Source: an uncultured Oscillibacter sp. (GTDB taxonomy: Bacteria > Bacillota > Clostridia > Oscillospirales > Oscillospiraceae). From it: DNA of 64,000 nt. The stretch covers positions 2,699-66,698 of the forward strand of contig CANAWG010000013.1 of NCBI GenBank assembly GCA_947365245.1, given 5' to 3'. This document shows positions 9,591-19,412 of the stretch, piece by piece. Position 1 is the first letter of the stretch. The number at the start of each line of letters is the position of its first letter. The notes under the pieces are model-generated. The model did not search any database, had not been told where the DNA came from, and saw only the letters and a list, made by a program, of their open reading frames with translations. The translations under genes were made by a program, and so were the position numbers.

Positions 9591-10823
9591 TCAAGCCGTC
9601 TGCGGAATGGTGGCGGTAAAGGTGATGACCCCGTCCCCGTAGCGCCCCGCGATGCGGCCCCGGTGCCGGAGGACGATGGCCTTGGCGGTGGACAGGCCGA
9701 TGCCGTAGCCGCCGGTGGCCCGGTCCCGGGAGGGGTCCGCCCGGTAGAAGCGGTCGAAGTAGCGGGGGAGCTGGGCCGGGTCGACCCTGGCGCAGGGGTT
9801 GGAGACGGAGATGGAGATGTGCCGGCCCCGCTGGAATACGCGCAGGCGGATGGTCCCGCCCGGGTCGCAGTATTTCACCGCGTTGTCCAGCAGGATGGAC
9901 AGCAGGCGGAAGAACTGGTCCTGGGTCCCTCTCAGGGTGAGTCCCTCCGCGATGTCCGCGCTCAGCGTTTTTCCCGCCGCCTCCGCTAGGGGCTGGAAAG
10001 CCTCCGCGCTGGCCCAGGCGATCTCGCTGAGGTCCAATGCGGCCGCGGCGCCCTCCCGGACGGCCTCCTCCGTCCGGGCCAGCTCCACCAGATTTTTGAT
10101 GAGCTGGTCCAGCCGGGCGATCTGCGCCCGGGCGCTCTCCAGCCACTTGTCTTTCCCGTAGGCGTCCTCCAGGAGCCCCATGTCCGCCGACAAAATGGCC
10201 AGAGGGGTCTTCAGCTCGTGGGAGGCGTCGGTGACGAACTGCCGCTGCCGCTCCAAATTGTCCGCAAAGGGGCGGATGGCCCGCTTGGACAAAAACAGCA
10301 GCAGCACGGATACAATCAGAAAGCAGGCCAGGAACATGGAGACCGTGATGCGCAGCATATTGCTGGCCGACTGGAGCTGGAGAAAGCAGTCCAGCACGAT
10401 CACGGTGCTGCCTCCGTCCTCCCGGGGGAAGATGCCGAAGCGGTAGTGGCCCACATAGCCCCGGTCTGTTCCGGCGGCCACGATGCGGCTGATGGTGTCC
10501 ACTACCGTCTGGCGGTCCAGGGCGGCGATGTGTTCCAGATCCACCAGCGCAATCTCCCTCTGGGCCGTCAGCTCCACCAGGAAGTACCGCGTCTCAAAGG
10601 GAGTCTCCGGTGTGACCTGGAACTGGGAGTCGGAGGGATCGAAGTGGGACTCGGGCGGGAGGAAGCTCCCGCCGTTTTGCTGGAGGATGGAGATGGCCCG
10701 GTCGATCCGGTTCGTCGTGGTACAGTGAATGCCGACGCCGATGGCGGCGCAGAGAACGGTCATGGTGCCGATCAGCGAGGCAAGGGCGATCAGAAGAAAT
10801 TTCCGGCGCAGAGAGGAGATCAT
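9591..10823 (-). CDS. Sensor histidine kinase (HisKA + HATPase_c, two TM segments)
   Basis: H-box FVTDASHELKTPLA, C-terminal G-box GGYGIGLS. The start overlaps the regulator stop by 4 nt. Confidence 0.9.
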   Translation of the reverse strand: MISSLRRKFLLIALASLIGTMTVLCAAIGVGIHCTTTNRIDRAISILQQNGGSFLPPESHFDPSDSQFQVTPETPFETRYFLVELTAQREIALVDLEHIAALDRQTVVDTISRIVAAGTDRGYVGHYRFGIFPREDGGSTVIVLDCFLQLQSASNMLRITVSMFLACFLIVSVLLLFLSKRAIRPFADNLERQRQFVTDASHELKTPLAILSADMGLLEDAYGKDKWLESARAQIARLDQLIKNLVELARTEEAVREGAAAALDLSEIAWASAEAFQPLAEAAGKTLSADIAEGLTLRGTQDQFFRLLSILLDNAVKYCDPGGTIRLRVFQRGRHISISVSNPCARVDPAQLPRYFDRFYRADPSRDRATGGYGIGLSTAKAIVLRHRGRIAGRYGDGVITFTATIPQTA

Positions 10824-11494
10824 AGGTCCTCCTCCAGCAGGTATCCCTGCCCCCGGCGGGCGGTGATGCGGACGTTGGCCCCCACGGCCTCCAGCTTTCG
10901 CCGGAGGTAGGAGATGTAGGCCCAGACCACGTTGATCTCCGCGTCGCTGTCATAGCCCCACACACGCTCCATGAACTGCTCCGTGGAGATCAGCCGCCCG
11001 GTCTGCCGCATAAGCAGCTCCAGCATCTGAAACTCCTTGTTCCCCAGCCGGATACAGGCGGAGCCGCACTGGAGCTCAAAGGTGGCGCAGTCCAGCGTGG
11101 TATTTCCGGCGGAGAGCACCCTGGGGGTGTATTCGCCGCCCCGGCGGGTCAGGGCCTGGACCCTGGCGATCAGCTCCCGGTTGTCAAAGGGCTTTGGCAG
11201 GTAGTCGTCGGCCCCGCTGTCCAGACCCGCCACCCGGTCCTCCACCTGCCCTTTCGCCGTCAGCAGCAAAACCGGCGTGGAGACGTTCTTCGCCCGCAGG
11301 GCCCGGAGCGCCTGAATGCCGTCCAGCTTGGGCATCATGATGTCCAGCACAATGCAGTCGTAGTTCTCCGCCAGGCCGTAGTCCACCGCGTCCTGCCCGT
11401 TGTGGACCACATCCACAGAGTAATGGGCCCGCTTTAAAAGGGCCTCCAACACCATGGTCATCTCCGCCTCGTCGTCAGCCACTAAGATCCGCAT
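10820..11494 (-). CDS. OmpR-family response regulator
   Basis: Receiver domain (MRILVADDE, DIMMPKLDG) plus winged-helix trans_reg_C (VWGYDSDAEINVVWAYISYLRRKL). AGGAGG RBS upstream. Confidence 0.92.
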   Translation of the reverse strand: MRILVADDEAEMTMVLEALLKRAHYSVDVVHNGQDAVDYGLAENYDCIVLDIMMPKLDGIQALRALRAKNVSTPVLLLTAKGQVEDRVAGLDSGADDYLPKPFDNRELIARVQALTRRGGEYTPRVLSAGNTTLDCATFELQCGSACIRLGNKEFQMLELLMRQTGRLISTEQFMERVWGYDSDAEINVVWAYISYLRRKLEAVGANVRITARRGQGYLLEEDL

Positions 11495-12149
11495 GAAATT
11501 CCTCCTGTCTTGCCGGCGTCTCGATCAGCTCCCGGATGGTCTGCAGGGAAAGATCCGTGGAGGCGATCTCGTCCGCGCACCGTTTCAGCTCCTGGACGAT
11601 CAGGGCCTGGTTTTCGATATCCTGTTTGTACTTCAGCTGGTGCTCAATGCTGGCCCAGCAGTCCATGGCGAGGGTGCGCAGCTGCACCTCCAGCCAGACC
11701 GGCTCCTCCGGCGGCCGGGGCAGAAACCGCAGGGGCAGGGAGAGAATTATATGGTAGCTGCGGTAGCCGTTGGGCTTGGGGCTGCGGATGTAGTCCTTTT
11801 CCCGCAGGATTCGGATCCCCGGGATCTGCCGGATCAGGGCGGTCATCTGGTCGATGTTTCGGGCAAAGGGACAGATCAGCCGCACTCCGGCGGCGTCCCG
11901 CACCTCCTCCAGGGCGCTGGCGGCCGTGACGGGAAGGCCTTTTCGCCTCAGCTTGGCCTTCATGCTCTCCGCGCTCTTGATCCTGGCCTGGAAAGAGGCG
12001 ACGGGATCCCGCCGCCCCAGGCTCACCTGGTAGCGGCGGATCATCCGGACGCAGGAGAGAAACTCCTCGACGGCCCCCTCCAGCAGGATCAGGGACTCTC
12101 CGTAAAAAGCGCGCTCCGCGCCGGTGATCTCCAAAGGAACATATTCCAT
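11475..12149 (-). CDS. Small alarmone synthetase (RelA/SpoT-domain GTP pyrophosphokinase, RelQ/RelP class)
   Basis: 224-aa single-domain protein with synthetase motifs (PKPNGYRSYHIILSL, EVQLRTLAMDCWASIEHQLKYK); no hydrolase domain. Confidence 0.85.
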   Translation of the reverse strand: MEYVPLEITGAERAFYGESLILLEGAVEEFLSCVRMIRRYQVSLGRRDPVASFQARIKSAESMKAKLRRKGLPVTAASALEEVRDAAGVRLICPFARNIDQMTALIRQIPGIRILREKDYIRSPKPNGYRSYHIILSLPLRFLPRPPEEPVWLEVQLRTLAMDCWASIEHQLKYKQDIENQALIVQELKRCADEIASTDLSLQTIRELIETPARQEEFHADLSG

Positions 12150-12150
12150 A

Positions 12151-12624
12151 TCAAGCTCCTCTCCGCGGCGCGGCTTCCTCCGGCGAATCGGCCCTGGGCA
12201 GCCGGAGGGCGCACGTCAGTCCGCCGTCCTCCGTCAGGGTAAAGAGCAGGGCCACCTCCTCCGTGTCGTCTCTGACGGTGATATGTCCCACGCCGTCCTC
12301 GTCGGTGGTGGCGTCGATGACAGCCCCCTGGTCGAAGAAGAGGGTCATGACGCCCCGCACCTCCTGCCGCTGGTCGAACAGGGTCATCAGCAGCTCGCCG
12401 CTTCTGGGCAGGCCGGAGGCGCGGATTTCGCCGCCGCTGTCCAGCGGATGACTGCTCTCCTCTCCGGAGAATTGGGCGGCGCCGCCCTGCAGAGCGTCCC
12501 CGCTCTCCGCCTGGAACCGCGCGGACACGCAGAGACTGTCCGGCTGCTCCCGGGGCGGCGCGGCGGAGCAGCCGGAGAGGAGCAGAAGCGACAGCAGCGC
12601 GGCTCCCACCGCTCTCCCATTCAT
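12151..12624 (-). CDS. Hypothetical lipoprotein
   Basis: Lipobox LLLLSGC after a signal peptide. The ATG at 12624 is preceded by AAGGAGG. The stop sits 1 nt upstream of the alarmone synthetase start. Confidence 0.6.
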   Translation of the reverse strand: MNGRAVGAALLSLLLLSGCSAAPPREQPDSLCVSARFQAESGDALQGGAAQFSGEESSHPLDSGGEIRASGLPRSGELLMTLFDQRQEVRGVMTLFFDQGAVIDATTDEDGVGHITVRDDTEEVALLFTLTEDGGLTCALRLPRADSPEEAAPRRGA

Positions 12625-12813
12625 TACAGCCGCCTCCTTTCCGGCCAACCTCTCGGAGGCCTTGCCGCAAGTATAGACGCCGAACCCAAAAATAACTTTA
12701 AAGAAACCGGCGGCGGACCGGGTTTTCCGCCGGCTCCCGCGGCCTGACTTTTTAACTAGCTTTTAAGTACGCCCGCTATAATGGCCCTATCCTGACAAAA
12801 GGAGGGGACACCC

Positions 12814-13815
12814 TTGATCGAACTTTCCCACCTGACCAAGCGCTACGGGAATCACACGGCGGTGTCGGATCTGAGCCTCACCGTGGACAGCGGGCAGATC
12901 TACGGCTTTCTGGGGCCCAACGGCGCGGGGAAATCCACCACCATGAACATAATGACCGGCTGCCTGTCCGCCACGGAGGGCGCCGTCCGCATTGACGGCT
13001 GCGACATCTTCCGGGAGCCGGACAGGGCCAAGCGGCTCATCGGCTATCTCCCGGAACAGCCCCCGCTCTATCTGAATGAGACGCCGGAGGAGTACCTGCG
13101 GTTTGTGGGCGAGGCCAAGGGCCTGCGGGGCGCGGAGCTGGAGCGGCAGGTGGAGGAGGTCCTTCAGCAGACCGGGACCCGGGAGGTGGCCCGCCGGCGC
13201 ATCTTTGCGCTGTCCAAGGGGTATAAGCAGCGCTTGGGCATTGCCCAGGCGCTGCTGGGGAATCCCAGGGTCATCATTCTGGACGAGCCCACCGTGGGCC
13301 TGGACCCCATTCAAATCATCGAGATCCGGGACCTGATCCGGGAGCTGGGCCGGACCCACACGGTGATCTTCAGCTCCCACATCCTCTCCGAGGTACAGAC
13401 CATCTGCGACCGGATCATCATGATTGCCCACGGGAAGCTGGTGGCCTTTGACACCCCGGAGAACCTGGAAAAGCACCTGCTGGCCCCCAATGAGGTCACG
13501 CTGACCACCGACGCCGGCCCGGACGAGGTGCGGGCGCTGCTGAGGGATGTGGAGCATGTCACGTCCATGGCGGTGGAGGAGACTGAGACCGGTCTGGTCA
13601 CCGCCTGTCTGGGGACCGACCTCCCCGACGTCTTCGACCTCTCCCGGGCGGTGTTTGAGACCTTTGCCGGCAGCGGCAAGGTTCTGCTGGGGCTGACGGT
13701 GAAAAAGGCGAACCTGGAGGACATTTTCCTGGAGCTGGCGGAGGGGGACGACACGCTTTCGGCTCCCTCCGGGAGTGAGGCGGAGAGCCCGAAAAGGGAG
13801 GGGGATGGACTGTGA
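12814..13815 (+). CDS. ABC-2 type transporter ATP-binding protein (GldA-like)
   Basis: Walker A GPNGAGKST, signature LSKGYKQR, Walker B VIILDEPT. TTG start after AAGGAGGGG. Confidence 0.9.
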   Translation: MIELSHLTKRYGNHTAVSDLSLTVDSGQIYGFLGPNGAGKSTTMNIMTGCLSATEGAVRIDGCDIFREPDRAKRLIGYLPEQPPLYLNETPEEYLRFVGEAKGLRGAELERQVEEVLQQTGTREVARRRIFALSKGYKQRLGIAQALLGNPRVIILDEPTVGLDPIQIIEIRDLIRELGRTHTVIFSSHILSEVQTICDRIIMIAHGKLVAFDTPENLEKHLLAPNEVTLTTDAGPDEVRALLRDVEHVTSMAVEETETGLVTACLGTDLPDVFDLSRAVFETFAGSGKVLLGLTVKKANLEDIFLELAEGDDTLSAPSGSEAESPKREGDGL

Positions 13816-14675
13816 CCGCGGTATTGAAGCACGAGCTGAAGAGCTGTTTCCACACATTGACCGCCTATGTGTTCGGCGCGGGGCTGCTGCTGGCCGTGGG
13901 GCTGGGGGCCATGCTCTACAACATCCAGGCGGCGGTGAGCAATTTCGAGTACGCCCTCAGCTATTTCAGCATCATCCTGGCGGTGATCGTCCCCATTTTG
14001 ACCATGCGGGTTATTGCGGAGGAGCGCCGGCAGAGGACCGACCAGCTGCTCTACTCCCTGCCCATCTCCGCCGCCCAGGTCATCGTGGGGAAGTACCTGG
14101 CACTGCTGACGGTGTATCTCATCCCCATGTGCGTCGTGGCGGTCTATCCGCTGATCTTCGCCCGGTTCGGGGACGTGTACCTGCCCACCTCCTACGGCTC
14201 CATGCTGGCGTTTTTTCTCATGGGGGCGGCGCTGATCGCCCTGGGGGTGTTCATCTCCTCCCTGACGGACAACCAGGGCTTTGCCGCGGGAGTCGGCATC
14301 GCGGTGATTCTGCTGAACTACTTCAGCGTGAGCCTCTCAGAGTATGTCTCCCGGACCGCCTTCGGCTCCGCGGCGGCCCTGTGCGTCCTGGTTTTGATCC
14401 TGGGGGCGGTGATCTGGCACCTGACCCGGAGCGAACTTCTGGCCTGCGGCGTCTGCCTTGTCTGCATGGCCGGGATCGCGGCCGTCAGCTTTGCGGACAG
14501 CGCTCTTCTCGAGGGGCTGCTGCCCGGCGTCATGACGCGGCTCTCCCTGTTTGACCGCTTCAACGGCTTTGTCAACGGGGTGTTTGATCTGACCTCCATC
14601 GTCTTCTATGTCAGCGTGATCGTGTTCTTCCTGTTCCTGTCCGTCCAGTCGCTGGAGAAGCGGAGGTACAACTGA
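13812..14675 (+). CDS. ABC-2 family permease (GldF-like)
   Basis: 287-aa six-TM-type hydrophobic protein with 4-nt overlaps at both ends. Confidence 0.8.
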   Translation: MTAVLKHELKSCFHTLTAYVFGAGLLLAVGLGAMLYNIQAAVSNFEYALSYFSIILAVIVPILTMRVIAEERRQRTDQLLYSLPISAAQVIVGKYLALLTVYLIPMCVVAVYPLIFARFGDVYLPTSYGSMLAFFLMGAALIALGVFISSLTDNQGFAAGVGIAVILLNYFSVSLSEYVSRTAFGSAAALCVLVLILGAVIWHLTRSELLACGVCLVCMAGIAAVSFADSALLEGLLPGVMTRLSLFDRFNGFVNGVFDLTSIVFYVSVIVFFLFLSVQSLEKRRYN

Positions 14676-16129
14676 TGAAAAATATCAACTTCCCAACTGC
14701 CGGCGGAGGGGCCGGCCAAAACGCCCTCCGGGGCGGGGCCTACTCCCTGGCCGTCTCCGCGGTGGTGCTGGCGATTTTGGTGGTGGTCAACATCCTGGTC
14801 TCCGCCCTGCCCGAGGCGCTGACCAGGTATGACATCAGCGCCTCCCGGCTCTACTCCATCACCAGCAACACCAAGGTGGTGGTGAACGCCCTGGAGGAGG
14901 ATGTGACCATCTACTGGGTGGTGCAGTCCGGTCAGGAGGACGAGGTCATCGAGAACCTGCTGGACAAGTACGACAGCCTCTCCGGCCATATTCGGGTGGT
15001 GAAGAAAAACCCGGACGTCTACCCCGCCTTTGCAGAGCAGTACACGGACGAGACCGTGGAGAACAACAGCCTCATCGTGGAGTGCGGGGACAAGAGCCGC
15101 TTCATCGGATACGGGGACATCTACGTGCAGGACGTGGACCTCTCCTCCTACTACAGCGCCTCCTATTCCTTTGACGGGGAGGGGGCCGTCACCTCCGCCA
15201 TCGACTATGTGGTCAGCGAGGAGCTGCCCAAGGTCTACCTCCTGGAGGGCCACGGAGAGCAGGCGCTTCCGGCCTCCTTTCAGGAACAGATGGAAAAGGA
15301 GAACATGGAGACGGACGCCCTGTCTCTGCTGACCGTGGACGGAATCCCCGAGGACGCGGACTGCGTGATGATCTACGCCCCCCAGAGCGACATCTCCCAG
15401 GAGGAGAGAGCGCTGCTGGCGGACTACGCGGCGGAGGGCGGCAGACTGCTGGTCATCGCCGGGCCGGTACAGGACGGCGTCCTGGAAAACCTCTACAGCC
15501 TGTTGGAGGACTACGGCGTGGAGGCCAACGAGGGCATTGTGGTGGAGGGGGACCGGGAGCACTACTCCGCGTTTCAGGGCCCCGCGGTGCTGCTGCCGGA
15601 CATGAACAGCGACCCCATTACCGAATCGCTGGCGGAGGAGAACTACCACCCCGTGATGCCCCTCTCTTTGGGGCTGACCACTGCCCGGTACACCGGCGGC
15701 GCGGCGGTGACGGAGCTGCTGACCACCTCGTACGACGCCTACAGCAAGCTGGCGGGATACGCCATGGCGGACTACGAGCGGGAGGAGGGCGACATCGACG
15801 GGCCCTTTGCTCTGGCCGTCGCCGTCGAGACCGCCGGGGAGGGAAAGATCGTCTGGTTTACATCCTCCTACTTCCTGGAGGACATGTACAACGCCGTCTC
15901 CTCCGGGGCCAATGTGAATCTGGGGATCAACGCCCTCAGCTCGCTGATCGGCGAGACAGAGGCCATGGCCATCCGCAGCAAATCCCTGAATTACAACTAC
16001 CTGACCATCGGCGGCGCCGCCGCCTCTTTGCTGAAGACGACCATGGTGGGCGTGTTCCCGCTGGCGTATCTGGCCGTTGGCGCTGCGGTGGTGCTGAGGA
16101 GAAGAGGTGAGCAGAATGAACCGGCCTAA
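14675..16129 (+). CDS. GldG-like ABC-transport auxiliary protein
   Basis: 484 aa with N- and C-terminal TM anchors and a large soluble middle; sits in the GldG position after the ABC-2 ATPase/permease pair. Confidence 0.65.
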   Translation: MKNINFPTAGGGAGQNALRGGAYSLAVSAVVLAILVVVNILVSALPEALTRYDISASRLYSITSNTKVVVNALEEDVTIYWVVQSGQEDEVIENLLDKYDSLSGHIRVVKKNPDVYPAFAEQYTDETVENNSLIVECGDKSRFIGYGDIYVQDVDLSSYYSASYSFDGEGAVTSAIDYVVSEELPKVYLLEGHGEQALPASFQEQMEKENMETDALSLLTVDGIPEDADCVMIYAPQSDISQEERALLADYAAEGGRLLVIAGPVQDGVLENLYSLLEDYGVEANEGIVVEGDREHYSAFQGPAVLLPDMNSDPITESLAEENYHPVMPLSLGLTTARYTGGAAVTELLTTSYDAYSKLAGYAMADYEREEGDIDGPFALAVAVETAGEGKIVWFTSSYFLEDMYNAVSSGANVNLGINALSSLIGETEAMAIRSKSLNYNYLTIGGAAASLLKTTMVGVFPLAYLAVGAAVVLRRRGEQNEPA

Positions 16130-17516
16130 GAAGCTCTGCGTTCTTCTGGGAATTCTGGCCGCGGCCTGCGTCGCAACCTTTGCGGTGATGCACGCCGAGG
16201 AGCGCAGAGAGCAGATCAAAAACAGCGGGGAGACCATTCTGGCGCTGGCCGGCCAAGAGGTGCAGTTCCTCTCCTGGGACTATGAGAACACCTCCCTGGC
16301 GTTCCACAGGGATGGAACCTGGCTCTATGACGGGGACGAGACCTTCCCGGTGAGCGAGGAGAGGATCAACGGCCTGCTGGAGCCCTTTGAGGACTTTGCC
16401 GCCGCGTTTGTCATTGAAGATGCGGAGGACTTCGGGCAGTACGGACTGGAGGACCCCATCTGCACCATCCGGCTGTCCACGGCGGAGGAGGCCTATGAGG
16501 TGAAGCTGGGGGATTACAGCAAGATGGACGCCCAGCGGTACGTCTCCATTGGGGACGGGAACGTGTATCTGATGAAGCATGACCCGCTGGAGGAGTTTGA
16601 CGCCGTTCTCAGCGATATGATCGCCCACGATGAAATTCCGTCTTTCAACCATGTGACGGCCATCCGCTTTTCCGGAGCGGAGGCCAGCAGCAGCATCACC
16701 TATGCGGAGAACAGCGCCGATACCTACAGCGCGGATGACGTCTACTTTGTCCGGCGGAACGGGAGGAATCTGCCGCTGGACACGTCCAAGGTGGAGAGCT
16801 ACCTGCGGAGCGTCAGCTATCTGGGCCTCTCCGATTATGTGACGTACCACGCGACGGAGGAGGAGCTGCGCTCCTGCGGCCTGGACGCCCCGGAACGGAC
16901 CGTCACCGTGGAGTACACGGAAGAGGAGGACGGAGCGGAGACCGCGAAGACCTTTGTCCTCCATGTCAGCCCGGACCCGGAGGAGGTCGGGGCCGCGGAG
17001 GCGGCCGCCGGGGAGAACGGGGAGACGGAGATTTCGGCTTATGTCAGAGTGGGGGAATCCCCGATTGTCTACCGGATCTCCTCCGGCGATTATGAGCGGC
17101 TGGCCGCCGCGTCCTACGACGATCTCCGGCATTCGGAGGTGCTGTGGGCGGACTTCGCCGACATAGAGCGGATCGACGTCACATTGGAGGGGGAGTGCTG
17201 TACGCTGACCTCCGAGGAGGACGGCGGCGGACGCGTCTGGTTCTATCAGGATGCGGAGATTGAAACCGACGACCTGCGAAACGCTCTGGAGGCCCTGACC
17301 GCCGTCGAGTTTACCGCCGGGCGGCCCGTCCAAAAGGAGGAGATCCGACTGACGGTCCACCTGGACAATGAGAATTTCCCGGAGGTGAAAATTGTGCTGT
17401 ACCGGTACGACGGGGAGCGGTGTCTTGCCGAGGTGGACGGCGAGAGCGTGTCCCTGGTGGAGCGCGCCGCCGTGGTGAGTCTGATCGAGGCGGTCCACGC
17501 CATCGTGCTGGATTAA
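16107..17516 (+). CDS. DUF4340-like membrane-anchored protein
   Basis: 469 aa, N-terminal anchor, acidic repetitive beta-rich body; this is the usual fourth gene of GldAFG-like modules. Family call is from memory only. Confidence 0.5.
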   Translation: MSRMNRPKKLCVLLGILAAACVATFAVMHAEERREQIKNSGETILALAGQEVQFLSWDYENTSLAFHRDGTWLYDGDETFPVSEERINGLLEPFEDFAAAFVIEDAEDFGQYGLEDPICTIRLSTAEEAYEVKLGDYSKMDAQRYVSIGDGNVYLMKHDPLEEFDAVLSDMIAHDEIPSFNHVTAIRFSGAEASSSITYAENSADTYSADDVYFVRRNGRNLPLDTSKVESYLRSVSYLGLSDYVTYHATEEELRSCGLDAPERTVTVEYTEEEDGAETAKTFVLHVSPDPEEVGAAEAAAGENGETEISAYVRVGESPIVYRISSGDYERLAAASYDDLRHSEVLWADFADIERIDVTLEGECCTLTSEEDGGGRVWFYQDAEIETDDLRNALEALTAVEFTAGRPVQKEEIRLTVHLDNENFPEVKIVLYRYDGERCLAEVDGESVSLVERAAVVSLIEAVHAIVLD

Positions 17517-17526
17517 ATCAGAGAAT

Positions 17527-17562
17527 GGGGCCGGCGCGGGTTCAAGAGACCGCGCCGGCCCC
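17527..17562 (+). terminator. GC hairpin after the DUF4340 gene (no clear U-tail)
   Basis: GGGGCCGGCGCGG-N10-CCGCGCCGGCCCC perfect 13-bp stem. Confidence 0.45.
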
Positions 17563-17629
17563 AAGAGAAGAGAGGGCCCCGCGGGGCAAGACGGCGGCCT
17601 GCGGCGCCGCCTTGATTGGAGGGACATCC

Positions 17630-17836
17630 ATGAGCGACGAGTATTCCAAGGCGCTGCCCGCCGGACGGGGCGTCACGCTGAACAGCTTGCGGGACCAGAT
17701 GTACTCATTGAGTATGCGTCTGCTGCTGGCAATGAAAAATCACGACGAACAGGCGCAGAAAGACATCCAAAAGGAGATGGCGGCCCTTCAAGATGAGATC
17801 GACCGGCTGTGTCTGGGCGGCAGATACCGCTTTTGA
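17630..17836 (+). CDS. Small hypothetical coiled-coil protein (68 aa)
   Basis: ATG at 17630 after GGAGGGA. Heptad-like charged sequence (EQAQKDIQKEMAALQDEIDRL). Confidence 0.45.
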   Translation: MSDEYSKALPAGRGVTLNSLRDQMYSLSMRLLLAMKNHDEQAQKDIQKEMAALQDEIDRLCLGGRYRF

Positions 17837-17927
17837 CCAAACCTGTGATGATGAAATTATGGCTTCGGAACGCCGGTCAAAGCCTCCGGTTCAGCCGGGC
17901 GCATTAGGATTCTGTTCTCCCGCGGGA

Positions 17928-17961
17928 GCGAAAATCCACCGGGGCCTTGTCCGCGCCCCGG
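17928..17961 (-). terminator. Probable terminator of the MATE gene
   Basis: CCGGGGC-N9-GCCCCGG immediately after the stop, followed on the minus strand by TGGATTTT. Confidence 0.45.
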
Positions 17962-19326
17962 CTAGACGGAGCCCGCGTGTCCGCTGCTCTGCGCCATCCT
18001 GCGGCAAACGCGGCCATAGAGCAGCAGCGCCAGCCCGGTCGAGAGAAGATCCGCCGCCGGCTGGGCCCACACAAGGCCGGTAATGCCGATGATGCTCTGC
18101 AAAATGAACAGGGTGGGGATAAAGATAATTCCCTGACGGCTCAAATTGATGATCAGGGCGGGGGTGGCGGCCCCCATCGCCTGCAGCGCGCTGATCAGCA
18201 CATAGAAAACGCCGAACAGGAAACTTGTGGTCAAAAGAATGCGGGAGAACTGTACCGCGTAGGAATAGGCGCTTGCGTCTGTCAGAAACGCCCCCACAAT
18301 CTGATGGACGAACAGATAACAAAGCGCCGTCATGGCCGCGCCCAAGGCCAGAGAGAACGCGAGAGAAAACCGCAGGGCCTTTTTGAAGCGCTTCCACAGC
18401 CCGGCTCCTGCGCAGTAGCCCAGCAGCGGCTGGACGCCCTGTCCCAACCCCATGCAGACCATGCCGGTAATGGTTGCGGCTTTCATGGCGACGCCCATTC
18501 CAGCCACGGCCATATCGTCGTATCGGGTCATTTGGCTGTTGAGAATGATCTGGGAAACGCTCATGAGCAAGGAGCCCAGGGCCGCCGGCACACCAATGGC
18601 GAGGACGCCGCGGCATACCTGCTCTCTCAGGGTAAAGTCCTTAATGCTGACGCTCAGGGCTGATTTTCCCCGCACAAAATAGAGAATGTAATAAATTGCG
18701 CCGGCTGCGTTTCCGATGACGGTCGCAATCGCTGCGCCGGAGATATTCCAGCGAAAACCGAGGATCATAATCGGGTCAAGAACGACATTCAGCAGGTTGC
18801 CCAAAATCTGCCCCATCATAGCCTGAGCTGGCCGGCCCTCGGCGCGGACCACATTGGAATAGCAGCTGGAGATCAGCACGAACGGACCGCCCAGGCTCAC
18901 GATTGTAAGATATGACCTGGCATGGTCCCAGGTGTCGGGGCTGGCCCCCGCCAGGGACAGAATTTCGTCCATGAAAATCAGAAACAGTGCCGACGCGGCA
19001 ACGCCGGCCGCAACGCAGCCCCACATACAAAACGCGCAGACCTTTTTCGCGTACTCTGTCCGGCCCTGTCCCAGCGCGCGGGAGATCACCGAGGTGCCGC
19101 CTATGCCGAACACCGTACCGACTGCCATGAACATCAGGAACACGGGCATGACCAGTGATACCGCCGCTACCTGGAGCGCGTCGTGGGTCTGGCCGATAAA
19201 AAACGTGTCTGCCAGATTGTAGATCAGCGTCATCAGCATCGCGGCCATGGCGGGCAGGGCGCTTTTCCATACAGCCTGGGACACCGGGGCGCTTTCAAAG
19301 AGCTCCATAGCGTTTGATTCCCTCAT
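17962..19326 (-). CDS. MATE family multidrug/toxin efflux transporter
   Basis: 454 aa, 12-TM pattern with two homologous halves, typical MATE N-terminus (LPAMAAMLMTLIYNLADTFFIG). Confidence 0.9.
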   Translation of the reverse strand: MRESNAMELFESAPVSQAVWKSALPAMAAMLMTLIYNLADTFFIGQTHDALQVAAVSLVMPVFLMFMAVGTVFGIGGTSVISRALGQGRTEYAKKVCAFCMWGCVAAGVAASALFLIFMDEILSLAGASPDTWDHARSYLTIVSLGGPFVLISSCYSNVVRAEGRPAQAMMGQILGNLLNVVLDPIMILGFRWNISGAAIATVIGNAAGAIYYILYFVRGKSALSVSIKDFTLREQVCRGVLAIGVPAALGSLLMSVSQIILNSQMTRYDDMAVAGMGVAMKAATITGMVCMGLGQGVQPLLGYCAGAGLWKRFKKALRFSLAFSLALGAAMTALCYLFVHQIVGAFLTDASAYSYAVQFSRILLTTSFLFGVFYVLISALQAMGAATPALIINLSRQGIIFIPTLFILQSIIGITGLVWAQPAADLLSTGLALLLYGRVCRRMAQSSGHAGSV

Positions 19327-19348
19327 GAAAATATCCTCCCAAAAACAT

Positions 19349-19373
19349 TAGCAAGCTATTGATAGTATGCTAT
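19349..19373. promoter_or_regulatory. Putative MarR operator in front of the MATE gene
   Basis: The reverse complement reads ATAGCATACTAT-CAATAGCTTGCTA. The identical 12-mer plus CAATAGC recur upstream of marR (19864-19898). Confidence 0.5.
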
Positions 19374-19412
19374 TTATATATCTAAAATAAATGCCCGCGC
19401 TCCGGCGAACAT

